Positions 24,208 through 37,658 of a stretch of DNA of 64,000 nucleotides are shown piece after piece; the stretch's first letter is position 1; the number at the start of each line of letters is the position of its first letter. Source of the DNA: Mobula hypostoma (lineage: Eukaryota). Position numbers and translations under genes: made by a program. The notes under the pieces are model-generated. The model ran no database searches. It was given only the letters and a program-made list of their open reading frames with translations, and was not told where the DNA came from. Location of the stretch: the NCBI RefSeq assembly GCF_963921235.1, contig NC_086105.1, positions 135,532,001-135,596,000 of the forward strand, given 5' to 3'.

Positions 24208-27200
24208 CTTTATAAAGGAAAAACACTTATTAATGCCAGCTATGCACAACTTCATTATTAGATTTTAAACAGATCAGCTACCTGCCAAGTCTTGAAGTTA
24301 AAAGACAATTAAAAATTTTATAATCTCCATAAACTATCAACCTTTGGCCAGCAAGGTGCGTAATATGGACTTTTGAAAGTATACATCTAAAGATTTTCCA
24401 GAATACAGAGAAATTGTACATTACTTGAAAATTTCTCAAAAGCTTTTAGAAACAACTTAAAGCAAAGCCAAACATTCATTCCTGGAGTCTAAAACCTTAT
24501 TGTTCTTTGCATAATGTGTACACTCAGAAAACTGAACTTCATGAAAATAAGCCAAGCTGCAATTTTGGAAGCATCTTAAAATGGTATTTTGAGACTCAAA
24601 TTTCGAAGCTCTTCAGCTGGTGGTTTTCAGGCTGTTGGCAATGTAAAAAAAATTCCAGATGAACATAGCTTTACAGATGAAGTTCATTGGAGTTATCCAG
24701 ATCATTTGGTTTGTATAATATAAAAACTAAAATCCCTACTCACTCCTGTTACCTTTAGTGATTACAGAGTTTAAAAATTTAAAGCCCATAAATACCAAAT
24801 GTCTTATTAAAAATATGAATAAGTCTGATTTATAACCAAAACTGGTGATTTTAAAATGGCCACAGTTTGTGGCTCAGCAACAAGGCATCAGAAAATGATA
24901 AATAACCTTAAATTTTTTTATGAAGCAAGCAATGTAAAATTTAATTCTATAATACTAGATCATACCTATGCATTTCCTGTTTTTGAAGAATGTCAAGACA
25001 CCATGCCATGTATCCAGATGAACACCTATGATGGAGCCCTGCCCAAATCTTGTTGAGAAGTGACTCTTGGCACCTTTGTGATGGAGTACACCTACAAAAC
25101 ATTGCATATGTTTTCAGAAAAATAGCAGCATTTATTTGAGATACAGTGTGGAACAGCCCCTTCTGGACCAATGAGCCACACCACCCACCAACCCACCCAT
25201 TTAAAACTAGCCTAATCAAAGGACGATTTACAATGTCCAATTAACCTAATAGCCAGTACGTCTTTGGATTGTGGGAGGAAACTGGAACATCCAGAGGAAA
25301 CCGGAACATCCGGAGGAAACCTATACAGTTCACAAGGAGAATTTATAAACTCCTTACAGACAGTGATGGAACTGAACTCCGAAACACCCTGAGCTGTAAT
25401 AGTGTCGTGCTAACCGCCGCTCTACTGTAGTTACAAACTACTGTATCTAATTTCCATGATTTATAAACATTAACAAACCCAAGCTATTTACGCTGAATAC
25501 ATTCGAATGGTATTTAACACTGAAGTTAGGAATAGTTAAATTCTTAGCTGTGTTCCAAGTGTACAGAGTTTCAAGATCTCCTTTAGTGTGGGATCAGAAT
25601 GTGAAAATAATCATTTTCTTAAAGATACTTAAAAGGAGGGCATTAGGAGAATGGCTACATACATATTTTGCACACAAGATTTCAACTTGATCATTATAAT
25701 CTCAAATACAAACTTTGTCAAAAAAACCTATTTCACTTGTCTCTCAAAATTCTATTATTCTTCCATCAGTTATTTTTCTAGGTAATTGTCAGAATGTAAA
25801 TGCATGTGTTAATTATGCAAAGCATTCTTGTGATAAACTTTTATCAGTGTTAAGCAAAGTGGGAGAGAATTCCTTTGATATTTGAATTCTTTCACTGAGT
25901 GCTGTTGACAAGGAGGAAGTAAATATAAAAACTTATAGACTGGTCAGGTGAGTGGGAAAAAGGCAAATGAAATTCAGCCCAAGAGCTGAGACACTGAATT
26001 TGGCAAGAAGAAATTGAAGGAATACAGGGCAAGTGGTTTGATAATAAGTATTTGAGGAACGGATTCAATAGATGGAAATGTAGGCAGACAGCAGGACAGT
26101 TCGATAAGGAATGTGGCTAAAGGTAACAAACGGGATGCTTTATCAAAAGGGATTCAGGAATAAATTATACTGGGGCTGCCTAAGCAATTCTTTCCCAGAG
26201 CTTCATTACTGTGTAGTTTTGATTATCACATTATAAAGAGAAGGGGGAGGGTAATTACAGGATAGATGAGGATGTTACCAAGATTGAAATTAAAAACCAA
26301 GTTGGACTTTATTTACAGTATAGATTATAATCAAGCTGTTTCATATCACAGGTAAATAAAGAATAATATACCATAGATGTATAGTCAATAACTAAGGGAT
26401 ATTGATTCACAATCAGTACAAGGGAACTACGTCAGTATCAGAAATCCCAACTAGTGCTGGGATCTGGAATATTTTGCCTGGAAGGGTCATCATATTTTAG
26501 TGACATCTGCAAGACCACTTGACGATCAATCACTAATATAGCCGTCTTCATCTGGGAGAAAAGATAGGTGCAGGTAAGTGTGAACAGGCCACCAAGTCCA
26601 CAGCATGTGCTATCATTTCTTGAAGAGAAACAGTGTTTAAATTTAAATGGGGGAGATTTGTTATTCCTCACTTGGAAAGTGACAAATAATTAAGAGTAGT
26701 ACCTGTGTAGGAGAGACCCCAACTATTTTCATCCTTTCCCAGTAAACTGCAAAAGGTGTGACGAAATTTGTCCAGTTTGACATCAGTTGTTCCTATTCCT
26801 ACCATCTGAATGATGCACAAAAATACAAGAGTGGGCGGGTTAGGTAAGCTAGCAAATACTCTAGTTGCAATGGTTAGAGAAGCACGATTATATTCAAAGA
26901 ATGCAATGGGAAACACTGCTGCTACAAGCAACCATAGAAAATCTTACTCCTGCACATTAGCTTAACAGATATCAATTTATTTCTATGAAACAATGGATAT
27001 TGATCTACTGTAACCAAATATAACAATATAGCTCCTGTGTTGCAGTGTTTAACATAAGGTGTGATCAAAGGTGGTAATTTCAAAGAACTCTGAGCAGGAA
27101 AGAGGTGGAGGAGCTAAATGCAACCAGAGTCAGGGTAGAAGAGAAGCTCGGACAAATTATGAGCAAGGCCATTGGTGCACAGCAAGAAATTCTCTGTAGA

Positions 27201-30200
27201 GCTGATTATCTGGGACCCATTTTAAAAGTGGATATACAAAGACGAAAACCTTAGATAATAGAACAAGAGATCAACTGTAACAATATTACTCACGAACATT
27301 TTATTGAATTCAAAGATCTAAGTTGAGTCACTCAGTACCAAAAACCGAGCTTGACGAGTTTCCTACAGAACTATTATTTAAATGGAGCTCAAATTTAAAT
27401 GGGGGACAGTTTACAACTTGAGTCACTGCTTAGAATGATATTAAATTACCTGTATTGATTATGTTCAAATTATTGGATTGTTTTATTTGACCAAATGTTC
27501 ATTACTGGGCAGCCAAAGATTTTTGAACTCCATTCAAAGGATTCAGTGTCAAGTTCAGTTGTGATACATTTTGGACTGAAAATGGAATGTGCAAGACCCT
27601 GGTATTGAAAAGCAGCTGTATTTAAATTGGGCATTTATTTTAACTGCAAACGAATGTCAGTAACAAAACTGGCACAGATTGTATTAATTGACAGCTTGTT
27701 ACAACTTGAAAAACAAAGATTCATATATCAACATCATTTTTGGCAATATTGTAGAATTGCACATGCAATTCAGACAAATCAATAAATTAATGTGGGAAAT
27801 AATATGAGGCGAAACAAGATAAATGCAGAATTAGTCAGATGTGATAGCTAATGATTTGATGGAAATACTTAAAATAAGTGCAATCAGTGGAAATCAATGT
27901 CAAGGTACAGCATAAAAAGTAAATATAAAATTGATGACGAAGTAATGTTAGCACACAAGTTTGTGAAAATGAATATGGATGTAAAACTGGTTACCCAGTC
28001 TTATAGAACAGTACAGCACAGGAACAGGTTCAATGTTGTGCTGAACCAATTAAATTAGAAATCAAATGGCCAACTAAATTAATTCTTTTGGTCAAGACAA
28101 TGTCCATATCCTTCCATTTCCCCTCACATTCATGTGCCTATCTAAGGGTCTGTTAAAAGTCTCTAATGTATCTGTCTCCACCATCACATCAGGCAGTGCA
28201 TTCAAGGCACTCACCATTGTTTAAAAAACACTTGCCGCTCACATCTCCTTTGGATGTACCCCTCTCACTTTAAATGCATGCTCTCTGGTATTAAACATTT
28301 CAACCCTGGGAAAAAGATACTATCTGCCTGCTCTATCTGTGCCTCCTATAATCTTATAAATCTCTATCAGATGTTTTAACACTCTTTCATAAAGAAATAT
28401 ACTTTTCCATAAAGTATAAAACTATACCTACCATGTCTGTACCGTATACCGGAGAGGTCATTTTTATTTCCCAGAAGTGTTGTCCCTCGCTCATTTCTTT
28501 GTCGCCACGAACCGCTGCTGTTCCACAACTATAGTCCATATGGAAATTCACCTCTCTGTTCTCACAGCTTAGCAGTGTAGCAGAAGATTTGGTTGAATCA
28601 TCCCACATCCATTCGAAATCTGCAAAGTGGACTTGTCTTTGAATTTAACTGGTTCTAGTCATATTTAACATTTTACTGGAGTTGACATTGTTTCCAGCAA
28701 ACCAAAGCTCAACATGTTCATATTAAAAGGCGCACAGTTGTCTTTATTAGATCCACACAAAGGGGCTCAGTGAAATCTATTAACAATTTGATGGCATTCA
28801 TGCTGAAAACCTGTTGAAGGCCAAATAGATGTGATGCACATTTTTTCATAACGCTTAAAGAACACGAGTCATTTTATGGTGGAGGAAATGAAAGAACACA
28901 TTAACTTTCAATTTACCATTTACTTTTGAATTATTAATATGAAAAGTATCCCAAATATTGCAGTTTCTTCAGTTTGATCGTAATCAAAATGTATTTAGAT
29001 TATTCAGATTTTTCTTACCCATGGCTAGTTAAACACAGAACATAGAAATTTACAGCACATTACAGGCCCTTCAGCCCACAATGTTGTGCTGACCATGTAA
29101 CCTACTCTAGTGACTGCCTAGAAATTCCCTAGCACTTAGACCTTTTTTTTTTAAAGCTTCATATACCCATCTAAGAGGCTCTTAAAAGACCCTACTATAT
29201 CTGCTTCCACCACTGCCAGCAGTGCATTCCACACACCCACCACTGTGTGGAAAACCTTGCCCCTGACATCCCCTCTGTACCTACTTCCAAGCACCTTAAA
29301 ACTGTGCCCTCTCGTGTTAGCCATTTCTGCCCTGGGAAAAAGCCTCTGGCTATCCACATGATCAATGCCCCTCATCTTATACACCTCTATCAAGTCACCT
29401 CTCATCCTCCGGCACTCCAAGGAGAAAAGGCCAAGTACACTCAACCTATTCTCACAAGGTACACACTCCAATCCAGGCAACGACCTTGTAAATCTCTGCA
29501 CTCTCTATAGTATCCAACATCCTTCCTGTAGTGAGGTGACCAAAACTGAATACAGTACCCCAAGTGGGGTCTGATCAAGGTCGTCTATAGCTGTAACATT
29601 AAATAAACAAAGCAAAGGCAATCAAACAATCTAGATTCACCTGCAGTATAACATACAAGATGGAGGAAAGCATACAAAAGCGTAAAAGCTAGAAAAATAA
29701 AAATCTAATTAAAGGAACAAAACCATGTTATATAATCAGACATTTGTGGAGACAGAAAAAGTGTTAATATTTCAGATGAATAGCCATTAGAATCTGAGTG
29801 TCCCCAGCACCAATGGTTCCATTTGATATCAGATGTATACAGTATACAACCTGAAATTCTTACTCTTCACAGACATCAGAAAAAAAAATCCCAAATGACA
29901 GAAACTTCGGAACCCCAAAGCAACCCCCTCCCTCACACATGCAATAGCACAAAGAATCAACCCTCCCCCTATTTGCTCCAGCAATAGCACTAGCCCCTCC
30001 TCCCCCACCATGCCAGCAATAGCAAAGCCCCCAGAGTCCACGATCTAGAGTCCATCAAAAAAAGAAGTCCATTCGAACACTTCAGTATCTCAGTCAACAT
30101 CTCATTTTACTTAATATTTTCAGCATTGATGGGACAAGCAAATATGCTAATTTCCCATATTTGCCAATTATCAAAACCCTGAACTAGAAGTTGTAATTTT

Positions 30201-31971
30201 GATCTTCAGAGATAAAGCAACAGGATTAAGTATTCCCGATGACTGGTTTACACTCCTCTCCCCAGGCTATTACCATATACAGTAAGCATCCAATAATTCA
30301 CTATCCTACTGTTCAGAAACCTTGATGATTTGGCATGTGGCTCCTCAACCTACCAGAGCCCTCATTCCCCATGTTCCCTTTAAACTCTCTGGGTTCAACT
30401 GGAACATTTATGTGACGATGAAACATTGGAAAAAAATGATTAATACTCCACACACTTAATTGGACTTGTACCCAATATTCCAGAAGGCATGCTAATCTGG
30501 CACCAGAATCCTGAAGGGCTGGATTACAAGAGTTTTACTGTACAGCCTTAATTAATCCCCAGTTCATCACAAGAGACAATGGTTACTGAAACTCACATTC
30601 ATCTTCCTCTCCACAGTGGCAGTCCTTCATACGATGAAAACTACGCATACTACCACAGTATCGAGTATCATTTTGGTTTACACAGTCACAATACGATTCT
30701 CCTGTCACAGGTAACGCAGTTGGTATTGATGGTGGTAAATGGAATTCTGGCTCAGAATCAGAGTCACTGTGCTTTAAGAGGTGGGAAAAGAAAAGTCTTA
30801 AACATTATAATTGTACAGTCTTTTAGACACCATTTGTTCTATGCAAAATTGTAGAACTGAGAGCAACTTTTTGAAAAATTACTTTGGAAGAAGAACTTAA
30901 AGCAAATAGAAAGAGTTTACTATTTTTTAAAAAAATCTGTCTAAAAATTTGATACTAAGTGAAATACATATTTGGGTGAGAAATACTCAACTGCTAAAAC
31001 TTTATATTTAGTAGATTGAGAATTACTGAAAAAACAATTTTCGGCTAATATGCATTTTGAAACATGTAACAGCCAAAGCCTCAGCTTCTTTTTTTCCCCC
31101 CAATACTAAAATAAACAGCTTCAATATTACTATATTGGTCAGCTCTCATGAATTTATTGCAGATTAATGTATGGACTTGTCAAAACTATCGATGGACATG
31201 GAAAAAGTAGCATTAAAATATATTCTTAAATTATCTTAGTTTCAGGACTCTACAACTCACATACTCTATTATTTATTATATTTCTATTTGAACGGTTTGT
31301 CATTTGCACTGTTTGTCAGTCTTTGTGTAATTTTTCACTGATTCTATTGTTTTCTGTTCTACTGTGAATGCCTGCAAGAAAATGAATCATGGTAGAAAGC
31401 ATATGGGTAGAAAGGTACTTTGATAATAAAGTTACTTTGAACTTAACTTCGATTTTCAGTGCAACAGTTGATAAAATGATTCTCTGAATTATGCTTTACA
31501 GAAAAATTAGAATGGAACTTCTAAACTTTATTAAAGGTAAAAATTATATTCTACTAAGGATTTCACAATATTTCACACTTTGCAGAAGTTCCAAATTTAA
31601 ACATCCAAACTTTGGTACCACAAAAGCAAAATTGCTTTTGAGATAAAAATGAAGTTTAGCATCAGTTTATTTCTCATCAAAATACTGAAATTTAAGTCTG
31701 TCACTCCATTTTTTACTGAACCAAAAGCATTCATTTTCTGACCTGTTGAGCATGTCCCTATTTCAGATTTCTAACATCTGAAGACATAGCTTTATGGAAT
31801 AAAAGACCTGACAAACTATGAGCAATAAAATATTTTGTTACCTACCTGACCATCTGAGTCATAGACAGCACCTGCAGAACCATCAGGCAATACTACAGCC
31901 ATAGCATCTGTTTCTCGAATGCCACTGTAAACATATCGCCAGGCACGATTATTTCTGTTACTCCGAGACAT
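23858..31971 (-). CDS. SPSB3: SPSB3, SPRY domain- and SOCS box-containing protein 3 (6 coding exons, 355 aa)
   Basis: Exons 31971-31846, 30771-30597, 28619-28432, 26805-26703, 25091-24966, 24207-23858 total 1068 nt. Motifs [81 protein letters not shown] box SLQYLCC...LPLPPGLK, C-terminal CQRKRCRWT. Confidence 0.97.
24966..25091 (-). CDS. SPSB3: SPSB3 coding exon 5
   Basis: [41 protein letters not shown]. Confidence 0.96.
25128..25430 (-). mobile_element. V-SINE/HE1-like SINE
   Basis: gtgggaggaaactgga V-domain in reverse orientation. Confidence 0.65.
26703..26805 (-). CDS. SPSB3: SPSB3 coding exon 4
   Basis: [34 protein letters not shown]. Confidence 0.96.
28000..28370 (-). mobile_element. 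CR1 LINE 3' end
   Basis: tagaacagtacagcacaggaacagg tail and CR1 C-terminal remnants. Confidence 0.65.
28432..28619 (-). CDS. SPSB3: SPSB3 coding exon 3
   Basis: [21 protein letters not shown]...SPVYGTDM|gtaggt. Confidence 0.96.
29035..29600 (-). mobile_element. CR1 (HER1-like) LINE 3' end
   Basis: [11 protein letters not shown]...[21 protein letters not shown]...NTRGHSFKV. Confidence 0.85.
30597..30771 (-). CDS. SPSB3: SPSB3 coding exon 2
   Basis: [30 protein letters not shown]...DCHCGEEDE; T|gtgagt. Confidence 0.95.
31846..31971 (-). CDS. SPSB3: SPSB3 coding exon 1
   Basis: [17 protein letters not shown]...YDSDGQ|gtaggt. Confidence 0.93.
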
Positions 31972-32037
31972 GTTTTTTCCCAAATCTGTCCTGTAATGAG
32001 ATTTATACAATAGGTTAGTCAAAAACTAGATTGTTTT

Positions 32038-32245
32038 TATTTTATTTAGAGATACAGCATAGAACAGGCCCTTCTGGCCCAGCAACTAACCTATTTAACC
32101 CTAACCTAATCAGAGGACAATTTTAAATGACCAACTAACCAGTATGCTTTTGGACTGTGGGAGGAAATCCATGTGGTCATCGGAGGGAATGTAAAAACTC
32201 CTTATAGACAACTCCGATGAACAGAGCTGTAACAGTGTTGCACAA
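32038..32245 (-). mobile_element. V-SINE/HE1-like SINE
   Basis: Same family as 25128-25430. Confidence 0.6.
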
Positions 32246-33409
32246 TTTCAAAAAAAAATTGTTAGTTATTTTTTAATGTCAAAGTAAATACTTATCCAAC
32301 TGTTCCACTGATTTTAGTGGCTGTTGTACATACAGAACTTTAAACTTACAAATCAAGGTACCAATTGTTAAATTAAGTATTTATTTAGCTGTATTCTGTG
32401 GATCTCTGTGCTTCTGAACCTGCGCACACAAAAAGCTTGACGAACTCTGTCCATTTTCCTCCAGCTTTGTGTTTTGCTGCAGATTTCCAGCATCTGCAGT
32501 CTTTTATGTTTTCACACAGACATTGAGATTGACTTTTCTATTTTCAGTCACATCCCTTTCCCACTTGACCCAAAGAGCAATGATAGTGATGGGAAAGTGA
32601 GGGTTAACATCTAGGCTCAAGTGTCTAATAACCAAGTTTATCTTCATAAGAATCTGTTTCAAGGTCCATCTTAGCAGCGCGCAATAGTGTTTAGTCAGCA
32701 ATGAAAAGCAAATATACACTATTTACAGGATTATTATTTCCTGTCCCTGGAAGTAAATGGTATATTTTTATGACCAAGACAGCATTCTCCATTTGATAGC
32801 TTACTGAATACCTTTCCCAAATTACAAGTCATACACTATTCACTGCTATTGACATGACTTATTCCTTTCCAGTTTTGGAGGTCAAAGAAAAACGCTGTTG
32901 CTGACAGACTTGGGAAAGAACGTTGAGGACTCAAACATCACACCCAAAACCAAAAGAAAGTATATCTAGGCAGACAATTCAGTATCATGCCAATAGCCAG
33001 TTTTACTGATTGGATCAGACATTAAACCTTTGTAGGTGAATGTAAAAGAGTATGTTGAAAAATGATGGAGATATTTCCAGTGCTGACTTGGAAATAAATG
33101 GTTACTGGTCTAATGTCTGGAACTCCTTATCTGGTGATACAGCTGTGGAGGGTGCATCATCGGAAAGACTGCAGTGATTCTCCTGACTGCCACCTTCAAG
33201 GGAATTAGAGCTGAGCAACAAAAAAATGCCAACAATCCACATTCCATAACCAACATTTGAGCTTTGTTATTTGTGGGTGCATACAGTGCAAAAATTGGCT
33301 GCTGCTTTTCTCACCTCATATGTAAAAAGTACTTCATTGACCAAGTAATTTGGGACATCACTGGGTAGTCATTGGAAGTTGGAACATTTTGAAGATGGGG
33401 CAAGTGAAG

Positions 33410-34260
33410 TTATCCCCTCAGGTTCAGCAGCCCCCTGTTGAGCGGTAATAACTGTTCCTGAACCTGGTGGTGTGGATCCCAAGGCCCCTGTACCTTCTTC
33501 CTGATGGCAGCAGCAAGACGACAGCTTGTCCTGGGTGGTGGAGGTCCCTGATGATGGATGTTGCTTTCCTGTGATAGTGTTTCATGTAGATGTGCTCAAT
33601 GGTGGGAAGAACTTTATCTGTGATGGACTGGGCTCCATCTACTAAGTTTTGTAGGAATTCCTGTTCAAAGGCATTGGTGTTTCCATACCAGGCTGTGATT
33701 CAGCCACTTAATATACTCTCCATCACATATTTATAGGTTTGCCAAAGTTTTAGATGTCATACCAAATTTCCACAAACTCCTAAGAAAGCAGTTGCTGCTG
33801 TGCTAGCTTTGTAATTGCACTTACATAGTGAGCCCAGGACATGTCCTCTGAAATAATAACACTAAGGAATTTAAAGTTGCCTCTCCACTTCCGATCCTCC
33901 AATGAAGACTTGCTCATGGACATCTGGCTTCGTTCTGCTGAAGTCAATAATCAATGCAGACATTGAGCAAGAGGTTGATGTCATAGCACCACTCAGCCAG
34001 ATTTTCAATCTCCCTCCTATATGCTGACTAATCACCTCCTTTAACAGTGGTGTCATCAGCAAGCTTGAATATGGCATTGGGGACGTGCTTAGCTACACAG
34101 TCATTAGTGTAAAGTGAGTAGAGCAGGGGCTAAGCACACAGCCACGTGGTGCACCTGTGCTGATACAGCTCGTGGAGATGTTGTTGCCAATCTGAACTGA
34201 CTGGGATCTACAAGTGGGGAAATGGAGGAACCAGTTGCACAAGGAAGCACGACGCCATGG
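33410..34260 (-). mobile_element. Rex1/Babar-like LINE fragment
   Basis: Degenerate RT C-terminal motifs (LIIDFSR, IGGSEVER, IIRDLHHPG). Confidence 0.65.
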
Positions 34261-34737
34261 TATTGGAGCACCAATTCCACCTCAAAGCATGGAAACCAAT
34301 GTCTAGAAATCTGTGAATGCAAATTCTATTCTTAATGTGCAAACATATCAATATTTAAAACTGCAATAATGAATTCCTTGCTCAATAATGCATTCACAAA
34401 TCAAATCTGAATTAATCAAATATACCAAAATGTACACATTCCCAAAGTTAATACAACCAACCAAGCAGCAACTGCAAATTGTTCAGACATTGAATAAAAA
34501 TCAACTTTATTTAGATCAGTTAAGGATAAAATTTGAAACCAGTTCTAAAATATGTAACAGTTGTATTTTTATTATGACATTGCACTAGCATTCCATGTAA
34601 AAGCATTGTTCAAGCTTGCTTAACTGATTCGTGACTCAGATTGCGTTTCAACATTCATTTCATGGCACTTCAATACATAAAACTCCATAAAAGATCAGTG
34701 TATCAAATGTTTTTGCTTAACAACTACCTACCAACTA

Positions 34738-35266
34738 CACTCAGTGGCCACTTTAGTAGGTACACCAGTACAATTGTTTAATGAAATATCCAATTAGCCA
34801 GTCATGTGGCAGCAACTCAATGCATAAAAGTATGCAGACGTTGTCAGGAGGGCAAACATCAGAATGGGGAAGAAATGTGATCCAGGTGTCTTTGATCACA
34901 GAACGATTACAGGTGCAGGCTGGGTGGTTTCAGTACCTCAGAAACTGCTGATCACCTGAGATTTTCATGCACAGTCTCTAGAGTTTACAGAGAATGATGC
35001 AAAAAATGAAAAAAAAAACAGAGTCAGTTCTGTGGGCATAAACACTTTGTTTAAAAAGGTCAGAGGAGAATGGCCAGACTGACAGGACAGGGATATTAAC
35101 TTAAGTAACTACATGTTACAACAGTGGCGTGCAGAAGAGTATCTTTGAATGCACAATATAATCACACCTTGAAGTGGTTGGGTACAGCAGCACAAGATCA
35201 CACTAGATTCCGTTCCCGTGGCCAATTTATTAGGTACACTCCTGTACCTAAAGTGCGAATTAAGTG
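34738..35266. mobile_element. Tc1-like non-autonomous DNA transposon
   Basis: TA-flanked cactcagtggccactttagtaggtacac terminus with a degenerate inverted right end. Confidence 0.6.
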
Positions 35267-37658
35267 TATTAAAGTTGACAACTCAAGTATTCAGGTCACT
35301 GATGTACTTAAACTACATACATTACTACTACAATCAGGATAATAATTAAAGTTAACACAGAATTAAGGACCCAGTAAAACATTACAGATCTAATAGAAGC
35401 TCTTGGGTATTGTTAGAAGGAATACTGTTATGAAATGCAGCCAGAGTCAGGGGATTCTTATTGGGGGCAAGAAGAAACAATAGGCAGAAAAAGGGAAGTA
35501 CAGCGGGGGAACTTTAAGGCAATAGGAATGAGATCAGGTAGTATGACCTCAGAAAGTGCTAGTGAGTGTAGAAATGGCAGGATAACAGACAAATGTACAG
35601 CTGGATATCTGTGTAGAAGGGAGGGTTTTAAATCTGTGTACATGTATGGAGCTGGAGACACTGGAAAATTCTCCAGTACTGGAGAAAGGTGACATTTAAA
35701 TCAATTTGATAGGTGGTATATACTGGAAAGTATCATTGATTGGGGAGGATAAAGAATATTTTCAAAATGATTGGGAGAGATAAACATCGGAATAAGAAAT
35801 AGTTTTTAAACTTGGATAAGACTAATAGTTCCAGAGAATCAAAGGTGAGCTTGCATGCATACACTTTGTAAACATAAGCAATATAATACACATGCTGGTG
35901 AAATGCAGGCACAATTAATCGTATGTGGTTCTATTCTTGAAGCTGTCTGTAAGCAGATTTCTCCTAAAGAAATGTCCATTTTCTGTAACTACCCATATTC
36001 GTTCAGCATACTCTTGTTACAATTATCCTGTTTTATTTAGTAATCATTCTGACACCTGTAATTAAACTATTGGAACATGTACTGCATCTAGCCTTTAATT
36101 AATACCATGAAACATTTTATTATTGCTAGTTTGATAAATACTTTAAAAATGCAAGGGGCAATTTGAGTAAAAGTTGGATTTTCCCCAAGTCAAATCATCT
36201 GTAATCTGGGAGTCTCTATATTCTGTTATACTTTATTTTTTTTAATGAGGAAACAGAGGGTTAATTAGAGAAATGTCAATGGCACACATGGACTTCCAAA
36301 AGCATTCTGATAAGTAATGTGTAAAGATTTCAAGATCTAATGCCTTGGAATAAAAAGGGGTGGAGTGACAAGGATAAAAAGGACTAAATTACTGGGATTT
36401 GAGGTAATAAAAGGTTGTTTCTTCACACTGGGTAGAAGTGTGAAGTGTAATTACTGTGGAACTGGTACTCCAAACAAAAGAAATAGGAGCGAGTGATTCA
36501 GCTATTCATGCCTGCTCTTACATTCAATGAAGTCACGGCTAATTATTACCTCATCACCACTTCCTTAACCATCTATTCCTCGATACGATGAATATCTGAA
36601 CATTTGCTTTCACTTTTGAAAATACTCAGCAACAGGATACAAAATCCCCTGTTGTAATATCTGAATGGCAGAACAGTCTCTAAGAGTCAAATTGTCTTCT
36701 GCTAAACAATACTATCATCTCCACAAAAGATTTCACCTCTCCTTATTTTGAGAAAGACCTCTGGTTCTAGAGGCCCCACCAAAGGAAAGCATCACCCCTG
36801 AAACAACCCTGCAAAATCAATGTAAAGTTTGAAGCTTTCAATGAAATAACCTCTCATTCTTAGGGAGCGTGAACCACTTCACCTCTCAACATGCAAGAAA
36901 TTTCAACCCATCACCCTTTCTCAGTTCAAGTAAACCTTCACAACAGTTCTTCAGTTAAAAGCATACACTTCCTTAGACAGATAAACTGATGTACACAGTA
37001 TTCCCTGTGATACTACCAGATCACAAAGTCTGAGCAAGCTCTATCCTTATACTGAAATCCAAGACGACAGCAATGTACTGTTTAACTTACTAATTGCAGT
37101 ACCTAGATGCTACCCTCCAATTCCTCACCATTTAAAGATATACTGCATTACTATTTCATCCATCTAACATGAATGCTCTCATTTGCCCAAATCATGATCT
37201 ACCATGGCCTTGCCTATTCACTTAACCTGTCTATATCCCTTGAAGTTTCCCTGCATCCTTCAGCACATCTTCAGGCTGTATTAGTTATTGACGCAAACAA
37301 ACCATTTCACTGTACGTTTTAAAGTACATATGACAAGAATATTAATCTTAAATGTCCTTTAACGAATCCTCAATTAATGCCTGACAGATTACTCCAATGA
37401 TATGCAATCTAACCTATTATCTATAATAACTTAGTGCTTACTGAAAATCCAACTACTAAATATTAACTCATCCAATCAATTATTAAGCATCTTCTTACAA
37501 CTTGTTTAATAGATCCCAGCAGGCTAACACAAAGATATCAGAGAAGGAAAGTGCCATTTGGCTCTGAGACTATTATGTCATTTCTTAAAATCATAGATGA
37601 TATTATATCTCAACACAATTGCAAAATTTAAAGTACATTTATCATCAAAATGTGTATA